From Nitrospirota bacterium (GTDB lineage Bacteria > Nitrospirota > Nitrospiria > Nitrospirales > NS-4): a DNA stretch of 64,000 nt. Positions within the stretch are counted from its first letter, which is position 1. Each line of letters begins with the position of its first letter. Shown here piece after piece: positions 30,883-41,391 of this stretch. The DNA lies in the NCBI GenBank assembly GCA_963788195.1, contig CAWBGA010000002.1, positions 256,001 through 320,000 of the forward strand, in the 5' to 3' direction. A program made the translations under genes and the position numbers. Below the pieces are notes generated by a model that made no database searches, was not told where the DNA came from, and was given only the letters and a program-made list of their open reading frames with translations.

Positions 30883-32439
30883 GGTGGGTTGCACTGAGTG
30901 TCGCTATTTGGAGCTTGGCATGCGGTGCCGTAGGTGCGTCGGCTGAGAGTGTCCCCGTAAGAGGACCGATCCCCGTGGACATCCAGGAAATTGAGATCAT
31001 CTACCCGGACGGCAGGTCGCCTACCGTCATATTGAAGACCATACCTGGGTCCCCGATGGCGGTTCCGGTGCGGCCTTCCACGGCCACAGTCGATCTGCTG
31101 AAGATGGTCACCAACGTCAAGGCCTTTGGAGAGTGCGACGCGTCGTCGGAACGCAAGCTGGGCGCGATTGTCCTCGACACGACCTCCCGGGTTAAAAACC
31201 TGTGCGGTCATGTCTTGATGCTTCGCCAGGGAGATGCTCCGCAAGATTTGCTTTCGTATGACACACTGCATCTCCGCGGAGAAACCACAGAACCTCTCCT
31301 CATCAGCCTCATCGATGAAGCATCGGAGCGCCGCGAGAGCGCGGTGCCGGTGATCCGCGTGAACGGCAGGTTTGATCTTCGTGTTGCACTGCGGTCATCC
31401 GCCCGGCGACTCGACTTGCGCCGCGTGGTTGCCGCCTCGATCATTCCTGAGACCCGGGACGCTCATGTGATCCTGGAAAGCCTCACTGTCGAACATGTCG
31501 GGGCTGCTCGCCAAGCGCAGACGAAGCGTGGTTATTGGGTCTGGAAATACCGCGAGGCTTTAAAGGCTCCCGATACGATGTTGGACTCGTGCCTGCGCCA
31601 AGGGTGCCACCGCATCCTTGTGCAGATGCCCGACATAAACGATCCGGAGAGTCTTTGGAAGGCATATGCGCGTTTTCTGAATACCGCGCACGGCCGTCAC
31701 ATCGAGGTCTTTGCCTTGGACGGCTACCCGGAGGCGGTTGACGCTCCGGGGCCGTTGATCGCCAAGATCCAAAAACTGCTCACAATGGTCGACAGGCGGA
31801 GCCTCGACGGGGTCCAGTTGGATCTTGAACCGTATCTGCTGGAGGGCTGGGCGATGGACGAAGGGGGCGTATTCTCGCTACCTGGACACGGTGGATGCCA
31901 TCAAGGCGGTCTTGTCCGGAACTCGCTTCTCAATCGTGATGCCGTTTTGGTTCACTTCGCAGGTGGTGCGAGATCGGCCCGTCGCGTTCTCGGTCATAGA
32001 CCGAGTGGACGAGGTCGCGGTGATGACCTACCGGACCGACGCGACTGAGCTTCAAGCAATTGCGGAGGACAATCTGCGGTATGGAGACCTCGCAGGCGTG
32101 CCGATCTGGTTGGCTATCGAAACACGGCCTCTTCCTATTGAACGGCACGTCGTGCTGAAGCGAACACCAAGACGCGATCTCGGCGATGCCTATTTGGATC
32201 GCCCGAACCGGCACGTGATCTTCCGGACGCCGCCTGTGGAGAGCGATAGTTCCGACTGGTTCCGTGTGCATCACCGGGTGACGGTCTCACCCGAAAGACT
32301 CAGCTTCGCGGGCCAAAGCCAAACAGCCGTACTTAAGTTCTGGGATGAGGCGCTCAAAGCGATGCCTCATGCCAGCCTGGCTGGAGTGCTGATTCATGAT
32401 CTCGAAGGGTTCCAGGCGCTGGCCGAGGGCAAACCATGA
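30879..32439 (+). CDS. Exported protein with a C-terminal glycoside-hydrolase-like TIM-barrel region, frameshift near 31865
   Basis: Signal peptide from GTG 30879; YWVW, DGVQLDLEPYL, PFWF, VAVMTYR, LAIET, GVLIHD across ORFs 30756 and 31825; fold call is inference. Confidence 0.6.
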
Positions 32440-33761
32440 TCGGTCAATCGCGGGGGGCCTTACCAATTGTACTGATCGTGTGCCTTGTCGGTTGGGTCGG
32501 AGTGGCGACGGCAAGTGCAGCCTCCGCCAAAGCCCCGCCCCAGGACACAAACACCGTGGCTCGGGCGCGCGCATTCGAAGCTGCCAAGCAATATGACGAG
32601 GCAATCGCCGCGTACCGAGCGTACCTGACGAAGCGATCAGACGATGATGAGGCACGGGGAGCCTTAGCCCGTCTTCTCTCGTCGCGCGGACGTTATGACG
32701 AGGCCGTGATTCTCTATCAGGACATTCTCACGCGTCATCCGGTTGATCTGGACGTTCGGCTGGCATTGGGTCGAGTCAGATCATGGCAGAAGCGTTGGGA
32801 AGAATCGCGCACCCTGTATCAAGATATTCTAAAGGAGGCGCCGAATAACAAAGAGGCCGAGCGTGGTCTCGCAGATGTCTCCTATTGGAGCGGCGATTAT
32901 TCGCGGGCCTTGGCGCAGTATCAGCGGCTGTACGCTGAGACGAAAGATCCGGAACTTGAGAAGAGAATTGCGAACGTCAAGGCAGAGCTGGCCCAATCAG
33001 TAGTAGTTGAGAGCCCACGCGCGCCGGTGAATCCCCCGACCCGGACGCTCGCCTTACCCTATCGCGACTATCTGAAAATCGGCTACAGTCACTTTACCTA
33101 TAGCGGCCAGATCGCCGACGAGCGGGACTGGCTACTGGAAGCTGCCAAGCCTCTTGGCGCGCAAACGGTGGTCGCCCGTGTTGAGGCGCTCAACCGCTTC
33201 GGGCTTCACGATACGCCGGTATCTGGGGAAGTCTATAGCCCCTTATGGTCCAAGGCCTGGGGGTATGTCGGGGCTTCCGGCGCCGTAAACCCGCATTTCT
33301 CACCGAACTGGACGGTCGGCACGGAAGTGTTCCAGGGCCTTGGCCTCATACACTCCCTCTTGTCCCGCTTCGAAGCGTCCATGGGTTATCGGCATCTGAG
33401 TTTCTCGTCCGAAGACATTGATCTCCTGATTCCAGGGCTGACGATTTATCTGCCCCATAATCTCTGGCTCACTGAAAAGGTGTATTACGTTCCGGATACC
33501 GGGGCTATTACGCTGTCTTCACAACTCACGTGGCGTGCTAGGGATCGACTGCAACTGTTTGTGGCGGGATCCTTCGGCACTTCGGGCGAGCGGATCCTGT
33601 CTGTCCAGGATTTTACGCGCGTCACCACGCGGATTGTTCAAGGCGGCATCATGTTCCCGGTTGCCTCGCGGATCTCCGCCGATGCCTCACTGTATTACGA
33701 AGATCGCGAAACGCTGTTCGTCCGCCGTGGCGGAGGCGTCAATCTGATATATCACTGGTAG
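32436..33761 (+). CDS. TPR plus outer-membrane beta-barrel protein (YaiO-like)
   Basis: Signal peptide, about 4 TPRs (LARLLSSRGRYDEA; LGRVRSWQKRWEES), alternating beta strands, aromatic C-terminus LIYHW. Confidence 0.82.
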   Translation: MIGQSRGALPIVLIVCLVGWVGVATASAASAKAPPQDTNTVARARAFEAAKQYDEAIAAYRAYLTKRSDDDEARGALARLLSSRGRYDEAVILYQDILTRHPVDLDVRLALGRVRSWQKRWEESRTLYQDILKEAPNNKEAERGLADVSYWSGDYSRALAQYQRLYAETKDPELEKRIANVKAELAQSVVVESPRAPVNPPTRTLALPYRDYLKIGYSHFTYSGQIADERDWLLEAAKPLGAQTVVARVEALNRFGLHDTPVSGEVYSPLWSKAWGYVGASGAVNPHFSPNWTVGTEVFQGLGLIHSLLSRFEASMGYRHLSFSSEDIDLLIPGLTIYLPHNLWLTEKVYYVPDTGAITLSSQLTWRARDRLQLFVAGSFGTSGERILSVQDFTRVTTRIVQGGIMFPVASRISADASLYYEDRETLFVRRGGGVNLIYHW

Positions 33762-33775
33762 CGCGAGGCCCGCTA

Positions 33776-35702
33776 ATGAGCGTATTTTCGAACAAGCGAT
33801 ATCGTGCCCGCATCCTACTTATGCTCGCGCTTATCTTGCTCGGATGGTTCCTGGGCCCCGGCGTCCTCAGCCGCTACAACACTGCGCAAGGGCGGCCGTA
33901 TCTGTTTCCAGGGGTGCAAGGTCCCGAAGGAAGTTTCTGTCGTCACGACACTTCATCCGACACTCCTGGAGCCCTATGGGACACCTTCCAAAAGCCGCTT
34001 GGCGGTGCTTGTTACGGATCCCGCGTCGAACTGGCTTGGCCTGGTGCATGGCTTTAAGTCCATCGGTCTGCCGTTTGTCATCACGCAGGATTACAAACAG
34101 GCGCTTGAACATGGAATGGTACTCGTCTATCCAGAAATCTCAGGAAGCCTCCTAAGCGAACATGCCCTCAAGGCCTTAGCCGAGTTTCCCGCAAAGGGTG
34201 GCATCCTCATCGGCATTAATGTGCTGGGTGCGGGCATGCAAGAGGTGTTCGGCTTCAAGGAAGCCCTTCCCTCGAGGAATCATTTTGAAGTCAGCTTCAA
34301 CTCGAAAGACCCGTTGCTCTCGTCTTTCAGCCATCCAAGAGAGATCACGATTCGTGTGGGGAATCCGCTTAAGGGCCCGGAGAATATGGGCACCTATAGT
34401 TACACGCAGACCCGCCAACCGCCGCTTGCGACCTATGAGGACGGCACGGTGGCAATCACCCAGAAGTTCTATGGCCGGGGCCGCGCCTATGCAGTCGGAG
34501 TCGACCTCGGCTTTCTACTGCTGCGGGGGTACAACAACCGCGCGGAGGAGTTTGCGAGGAGCTACGTCAATCAGTTTGAACCCAGCCTCGATGTGTTGCT
34601 GGGTCTGATCAAAGCAATATACCAGGCGGGAGAACCGGGTGCAGTGACCATTGGGACAGTCCCGTTCGGGAAATCCCTCTCCGTGTTGCTCACTCATGAC
34701 ATTGATTACACGAAATCAATGGAAAATGCGATTTCCTACGCGGAATACGAAAAAAGCCAGGGCATCAGGGGCACCTATTTCATTCAGACCAAGTACGTTC
34801 GTGATTACAATGATGACGTGTTTTTCAATGAGCATGGCGTCGGGCTTTTGAAACAGTTGGCCAGCCTGGGCATGGACCTCGGCAGCCACACGGTGGCGCA
34901 TTCAAAAGAGCTAAAAAATTTTCCACTGGGGTCAGGCGCAGAACAGTACCCATCCTACAGCCCTTTTGTAAAGAATCGGACCACCGCCTTGAACGGGACG
35001 ATTCTGGGGGAATTGCGGATCAGCAAGTTTCTCATTGAAACGTTTTCAGGCCAGCGCGTTCTCTCGTTCCGGCCAGGCGAGCTGTCGAATCCTTTCGCCT
35101 TGCCGCAAGCGTTGCAAGCCAGCGGCTATCTGTTTAGCTCGTCGGTAACGGCGAACAGCTCCCTCACCCATTTACCGTTTCAGCTGAACTACGGACGAGG
35201 GACGGACACAGAACTGAATGTCTATGAGTTTCCCGTTACGATCGAGGATGAGGAGTTCCCGCAAATGGGAGAGCAGCTTCCACAGGCGCTGGAGCTTGCT
35301 CAACGGATTCGTCGCCATGGCGGATGCTTTGTGGTGCTGATTCACCCCAACGTCCTCGATCATAAGCTGGAGTTTGAGAAGAGGTTCGTCGCCGCCGTGA
35401 AAAGCTTTGCGTGGTTTGGATCTCTTACAGAGTTCGGTCAGTGGTGGTCCGCTAGAAACACGGTAACGATTGATGTCTACTCCCACGGGGAGAAACATAC
35501 CGTGGTGGTGGCGGCGCCACGAAAGATAACGGGATTGACCTTGGAGGTTCCGGAGGGGTGGCTATTGCGAGAGATTGAGCCCAAGGCAGTGACAGGTGAG
35601 CAGTCTGGCCGTTCTGTGATGATCGCGGAAGCAGTGGGTGAGTCCAAACTGTTCTTCGAGACCGGAACATCCGGTACTCTTGTTTCTCATGCCTCAAATT
35701 GA
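33776..35702 (+). CDS. Membrane-anchored polysaccharide deacetylase (CE4/NodB-like), frameshift near 33890
   Basis: N-terminal TM in ORF 33776; LTHDIDY, GSHTVAH, FRPG, LIHP in ORF 33804. Confidence 0.82.
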
Positions 35703-35729
35703 GGAGAGACTGAACGTGCGCAAATAACT

Positions 35730-35757
35730 TTGACATTCTTTTGCCCTAGTTTATAAT
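35730..35757 (+). promoter_or_regulatory. Consensus sigma70 promoter
   Basis: Exact TTGACA (35730-35735) and TATAAT (35752-35757), 16-bp spacer, upstream of the hybrid kinase. Confidence 0.8.
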
Positions 35758-35915
35758 ACCTATGGTATTGTACGACATACTTAGGTAGCATAAATACATT
35801 CGGGTCACCTCGCCTGAATCTCTCGTAAGACCGCCCGATTCCGGGTGTGAAGGACTGAGCCAATCGTTGTAGGGACTAAAAAACTTCACTATGCGTTCGC
35901 GCGGACTTAGGGGTA

Positions 35916-38303
35916 ATGAAATATATGGATCGTAAGGGAAGTCGCGGCAAACAAGCCGGCAGCGTAGCGTCGTCCCGACAGGCGAGCGCCGCAGCCGCTG
36001 ATCTGAATGCCCCGGCCGTTAAGACACAACTTTGGCGGCAGTTGGAAGGGAATATCCTGGAACGTGTCACCGTACTCGAAAACGCCGCGGCGTCCTTGTC
36101 GAAACAGGGACTCGATCGGGATCGGCGACGACAAGCCGAACATGAAGCGCGCAAGCTCGCCGGCTCACTCGGCATTTTTGGATATCCCATTGCCAAGGAA
36201 TGGGCGCGCGAGATCGAGCGTCTCCTGGAAGGCGATAGCGCTCTTCAACCAGCGCAGGCACTTCGAGTCAGAGAATTGGTGGCCACCTTGCGGCAGCATC
36301 TGGAAAGACCTCCGGCCGAAAGCCCGTCTGCGAATGCCGAGCTACTGCTGCGGCGCATGTTGATAATCAGCGATGATACCGACCTTGCGGAACGTGTGGG
36401 AACAGATGTTGAGGCAAAGGGATTGCAAATTGAACGCACGACCATCTCCGGCCTCAAGACCAACCTCGGCGTACGGCCGGAAATTATCCTGTTGGACGTC
36501 GCCGCTTCCGGCAGCCCCGTAGACGCTCGCACACGCGTCGCCGCCCAGTGGCCGGAAGTGCCGGTCGTGGTGTTGGCCGCTCAGGGTTCTGCTGTCGCTC
36601 GGATCGAAGGGATGAGTGGGAGCGGCCAAGCCTTCATTCGCAAACCAGCAGCGCCAAGTAAAATCCTCGAAGTTGTGAATCAGGTCCTGCGAACGCTCGA
36701 GGCCGAGAAGCCCAAGATCCTCGCTGTGGATGACGATCCTCTCATTCTCACGGCGCTCCAGACGCTACTCCCGTCATACGAATTTGCGCTTGTGACGCAT
36801 GCGGATCCGCTCACCCTTCTGAATGCCCTGGCGAAGACGACCCCCGACCTGTTGATCTTAGATATCGATATCCCGAATTTGAACGGCATTGAGTTCTGCC
36901 GCATGATACGGAACGATGCTCGATGGTGCACATTGCCGGTGCTCTTTCTCACTGCCCAGACCGATCCTCAAATCGCTCATAAAGTTTTTGGCGTCCGGGC
37001 GGAGGACTATGTCTTGAAACCCTTCGTCGACGCCGAACTCCTCGCGCGCATTCGCGTCCGCCTGGATCGAGCCTCTGCCTTGAATCAAATTACCGATGAT
37101 CTGCACAGGATCACCATCTCTCGCGATGATCTCGTTGCGGAGGTCAAGAGGCGGAAGGAAGTTGAAGAAGAACTCAAGCGATCCAATGACGGTATTAAGA
37201 TTCTGAATAAAGAGCTTCAGAATACCAATGCCAAATTGAGGGAGTTCGATCAACGCAAGGATGACTTTGTCAATAACGTCTCTCATGAGATCCGCACACC
37301 GTTGACAATCATTCGGGAAAGTATTGCTCAAGTGGCCGATGGCCTTTTTGGCGAAGTGCCGGCCAGACAGAAAGAATATCTCGACAAATCGTTGCTCTCG
37401 GTGGATCGCCTGGGGAACATTATTAATGATCTCCTGGCTGTTGCGAAGATCGAAAATCTCAAGCTGCAAGTTGTGAAAACCAAGGTCCGTATGTCAAGCC
37501 TTGTCGAAGACGTGATGTCGAACTATGAGGCTAAAGCACAAGCCAAGGGTCTAGGGTTGAGGTGTGAATTGCCGCAGACAGACTTGCACGCTTCGATTGA
37601 CCAAGAAAAGGTCCTCCAGGTGTTTGGAAACCTCATTAGTAATGCCATAAAGTTTACCGAGGAGGGCCATATCACGATTTCAATTGCTGAGAAAGGCGAG
37701 TTTATCGACTGTAGTATTTCGGATACGGGGAAAGGGATAGCGCAAGAAGATATCCCAAAATTATTTAATAAATTTGAGCAAATAGGTCAGTCCGATGGGA
37801 AGGGAACCGGCCTGGGTTTGACGATCTCCAAAGGGATTGTTGAGCTTCATGGAGGAAATATTTACGTGATCAGCCAAGAGGGTAAGGGATCAACCTTTAC
37901 GTTTACCTTGCCGAAATACTCGTTCAACGAGAATTTGATACAAAGTTCAAAAAAGTTATTGGTTGCAGCGATCCAGAGGTTTCATCACTTTACGATTGTG
38001 AAATTGATTATTGATACCCCGGACCACAAACTGACATCCAACGTAGCTCTCCTGAATCATCTAATCCGGGCCTGCTTGTATCGACGGGTTGATGAAGTCG
38101 TCCAAGTAGGTAGCACGGTGTATATCGTATTGCCCGACACAAAGAAGGCGGACGGTCATGTGGTCATTGAGCGCATCAGGAAGGAACTGAAACAACATAA
38201 TAGTCAGGTTCATCTAGGGGTGCAAATGTTGAGTTATCCGGATGACGGCAGGACAGAGGACGAACTGACGGCAAAATTTGAAGGAGAGAAGGTGGGAGCC
38301 TGA
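35916..38303 (+). CDS. Hybrid histidine kinase: pseudo-Hpt-REC-REC-HisKA-HATPase-degenerate GGDEF
   Basis: VSHEIRTPL, NLISNAIKFT, DTGKG, GTGLGL; C-terminus YRRVD..IVLPDT..SYPDDG; N-terminus paralogous to the 26307 gene. Confidence 0.88.
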   Translation: MKYMDRKGSRGKQAGSVASSRQASAAAADLNAPAVKTQLWRQLEGNILERVTVLENAAASLSKQGLDRDRRRQAEHEARKLAGSLGIFGYPIAKEWAREIERLLEGDSALQPAQALRVRELVATLRQHLERPPAESPSANAELLLRRMLIISDDTDLAERVGTDVEAKGLQIERTTISGLKTNLGVRPEIILLDVAASGSPVDARTRVAAQWPEVPVVVLAAQGSAVARIEGMSGSGQAFIRKPAAPSKILEVVNQVLRTLEAEKPKILAVDDDPLILTALQTLLPSYEFALVTHADPLTLLNALAKTTPDLLILDIDIPNLNGIEFCRMIRNDARWCTLPVLFLTAQTDPQIAHKVFGVRAEDYVLKPFVDAELLARIRVRLDRASALNQITDDLHRITISRDDLVAEVKRRKEVEEELKRSNDGIKILNKELQNTNAKLREFDQRKDDFVNNVSHEIRTPLTIIRESIAQVADGLFGEVPARQKEYLDKSLLSVDRLGNIINDLLAVAKIENLKLQVVKTKVRMSSLVEDVMSNYEAKAQAKGLGLRCELPQTDLHASIDQEKVLQVFGNLISNAIKFTEEGHITISIAEKGEFIDCSISDTGKGIAQEDIPKLFNKFEQIGQSDGKGTGLGLTISKGIVELHGGNIYVISQEGKGSTFTFTLPKYSFNENLIQSSKKLLVAAIQRFHHFTIVKLIIDTPDHKLTSNVALLNHLIRACLYRRVDEVVQVGSTVYIVLPDTKKADGHVVIERIRKELKQHNSQVHLGVQMLSYPDDGRTEDELTAKFEGEKVGA

Positions 38304-38716
38304 TGAAAACAATATTAGTGGTCGATGACAAGGCGGATATCGTCGAGTTGGTAAAAAACCGGTTGGAAGCCAACAATTACAAGGTTCTATCTGCATGTGA
38401 TGGCAAGCAAGGCATACAGCAGGCTCAACAACACAAACCCGATTTAATCGTGATGGATATCATGATGCCCAATGTCTCAGGTGGAGAAGCGGTGAAGGCC
38501 TTAAAATCCGATATGACCACAAAGGATATACCCGTGATTTTTTTAACTGCGGCTGCGTCTAGTGTGCCGCAAGGTAAAGAGCCGGGGCGCGTTTACGTCG
38601 ACGGTCAATTTTACCCGGCTCTGGGCAAGCCATTTAAACCAGAACAATTATTATCTGAAATTAACAAGTTGATAGGGGCCGAGGCCCTCACTAATAAACC
38701 ACCTTCCTTGAAGTAG
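38303..38716 (+). CDS. Single-domain response regulator
   Basis: ILVVDD, MDIMMP, FLTA, KPF; start overlaps the kinase stop. Confidence 0.92.
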   Translation: MKTILVVDDKADIVELVKNRLEANNYKVLSACDGKQGIQQAQQHKPDLIVMDIMMPNVSGGEAVKALKSDMTTKDIPVIFLTAAASSVPQGKEPGRVYVDGQFYPALGKPFKPEQLLSEINKLIGAEALTNKPPSLK

Positions 38717-38866
38717 GGCAACCGGCGCGCTTGAGCCGATTCTCGCCCTTGAACGAGGCGCCCAAGCGGACCCAGTTTGTCGGAAGTCTCGGGAGGCGAG
38801 TCGGTCCTGGAGATGAGCAGGGTGCCGAGCGTCCTGCAAATCTAAACCCGTTCGATTCGAGGTGGA

Positions 38867-39350
38867 ATGTTGACCGACCTGCTCAAAAGCCTCTCCGTAC
38901 AGTTGTTGCTCTTCAGCCTAGATGGTTTTCACTACGCCGTCCGTCTTCTCATGGTGGAGCGTGTCATACCCATGGTGGAAGTCTCACCGCTTCCCAATGC
39001 GCCCCCGATTGCCCTTGGCGTAATTAATTATCACGGGAAAATTGTTGCGGTCGTGGACATCCGGCGCCGTCTCAACGGCCCGTCGCGCGAATATGGGTTA
39101 GCAGACAAGCTCGTCGTAGCCCGGACAGCCCGCCGGATACTGCTCTTTCCAGTGGACGAAGTCCTTGGAGTGCGGAGAAGTAGCCGCCGACTCTGTGGCT
39201 CAACCGAATACCATCCTGCCCGGTATAGGCCATCTAGAGGGGATCGTGTCGCTTCCAGACAGCGTTCTGTTTATCCATGACCTCGAAGCGTTTCTCTCGC
39301 TGGATGAGGAGCAGCAGTTGAGCGAAGCGCTTGCGGAGGTGACGACGTGA
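38867..39350 (+). CDS. cheW: CheW-like adaptor, frameshift near 39170
   Basis: PLPNAPPIALGVINYHGKIVAVVDIRRR, VDEV; end in ORF 39165. Confidence 0.85.
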
Positions 39351-40723
39351 AGCTGTCAGATGAGGTCTTCCTGCAGGCGCGAAGTCTCATTGCGACCCGG
39401 CTCGGCCTGGACTTCCCGGAGTCTCGCAAAGCTGACCTGGAACGAGCGCTGGTCCAGGTCATTCAAAATCCGTTAGTCGGGACACTCGACAGCTATCTTG
39501 CCTGGCTCGTCACGGTCTCAGATGAAAATCCGGAATGGCAGCGGCTCGCCAGTCACCTCACGGTGGGAGAGACCTATTTTTTTAGGGATCGTTCCTGTTT
39601 TGAGGCGTTAGAGCAGCACGTTCTTGTTCCGTTGATCGCGTCGCGACGAGCCGAAGGGAACCTGAGGCTTCGACTTTGGAGCGCCGCCTGCGCCAGCGGA
39701 GAGGAACCCTACTCCCTGGCCATCCTGCTGACGCGTCTTCTTCCCGATCGTGCCGATTGGAATGTGACAATTCTGGGCACGGACGTGAATCCCGAAGCGT
39801 TGAAAGCTGCCCGCGAAGGAATTTACCGGCCAGTGGTCCTTTCGGGAGTCCATATCGGTCGGCGAACAGTATTTCCGACGGCATGGCGCGGACAGCTTCG
39901 AAGTTGATGCGGGGATTAAAGCCATGGTGACGTTCGCACCGTTGAATCTGGCCGAGAATGAAAATCCGGACGGGATCACGAATACCGGAGCCATGGACGT
40001 GATTCTTTGCCGTAATGTCTTGATGTACTTCACTCCGGAAGCGCAGCGGGCAACTGTCATTCGCCTGCAGCGGGCGCTGGTTTCCGGAGGATGGCTCGTG
40101 GTGAGTCCGGCCGAAGCCTCTGAAGAGCTTCTTTGCCCGCTTGTCTGCCATAGCTTCAGGGGAGCGATCCTGCATCGGAAGGAGGAACAGTCATCGATCA
40201 GCCGGCAGCAATCTAAGGTCAGGGATGTCTCAATTCGCCCCGACCCCCCCGAGTCCCGAAGTGGTCGTGGAGACACCGCCTCTTACTGTCCGAGCAGCGC
40301 GAGGTAGACAGTCAGAATCAGGCTACCGCTAAGCCGCTTCTAGACCGGGCCAGATCCTTGGCGGACAAGGGAGAGTTGGATGAGGCACAGCAACAGTGCC
40401 AGGCGGCGATTGCTGCAGACCGGCTCGATGGTGAGGCTCATCTTCTCTTAGCTGAAGTCTATCAGGAGCAAGGAGAAACCGAACGCGCTCTCGAGTCGCT
40501 CCGCCGCGCTCTCTATCTTATTGCTGATTCCGCGCCGGGCCACTTTCTTTGCGGCAGCCTGCTGATCCGGCAAGGCAAGCGAAGTCGAGGACTGCGACAT
40601 ATGCAAACCGTCGTGAATCTCTTAAGTCCGGTCCTGCCGGAACAACCGGTAGCGGGCAGCGCTGGGGTGACGGCCGGCCAGTTGCTGAAGATGGCTGAGA
40701 TGTTCTTGGCAGCGAAAAGCTGA
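39347..40723 (+). CDS. cheR: CheR methyltransferase with C-terminal TPRs (WspC-like), about 3 frameshifts
   Basis: TVGETYFFR, WSAACASGEEPYS, ILCRNVLMYF, TPR LADKGELDEA..LRRALYL. Confidence 0.88.
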
Positions 40724-40729
40724 GATCGA

Positions 40730-41333
40730 ATGCCTACGAGCTTAAATTGGAAAGAGATCCATGCCCGGCTGGAACGCACCAGCCGCGCGATAAAAGAGGG
40801 CGAGGTAGTCTTGCCGGACGCTGCCAAGCGGATATTGCGAGACAGGGCGAAGGTCCTTGCGCGCCCTCTTGCTGCAAGCGGAAGCGGCCTCCGAGATGCT
40901 GGACCTGCTGGTCTTTTCTCTTGCCGACGCCCGATATGCAGTTGAAACGGGCGGCGTGGCCGATGTGACGCCTCTCCGAGAGCTCACACCTGTGCCGTGC
41001 ACGCCGCCATTCGTCCGGGGTGTCGTCAACCACCGAGGTCGAATTCTTGCGGTATTGGACTTGGGAAAGTTTTTTGAGCTCCCGGGACAAGTGATCAGGC
41101 CAGACAGCTTTATTATAGCGGTGGAAGCCGGGGGTCTGTCATTTGGGATCCTGGCCGACATGGTGGTCGGAACAGTGCAGTGCGCTGAGTCTGATTTATC
41201 GCCTCCACCGACGGGACTGCCGGCTGCCCGGCGAATCTTTGTGAAAGGCGTGACTGCAGAGATGGTTGCAGTCTTGGACCTCGAGGCGCTGGCACAGGAT
41301 CCACGTATGATCGTGAACGAAGGAATCGGCTGA
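40730..41333 (+). CDS. cheW: Second CheW-like adaptor (WspD-like), frameshift near 40870
   Basis: ILRDRAKVLAR N-terminal helix; TPVPCTPPFVRGVVNHRGRILAVLDL. Confidence 0.85.
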
Positions 41334-41391
41334 GGACGAAGGAAGAATTGCCGATGCAGTGGTGGGTGCAGGCCATCAGAGAGGAAAGCCC

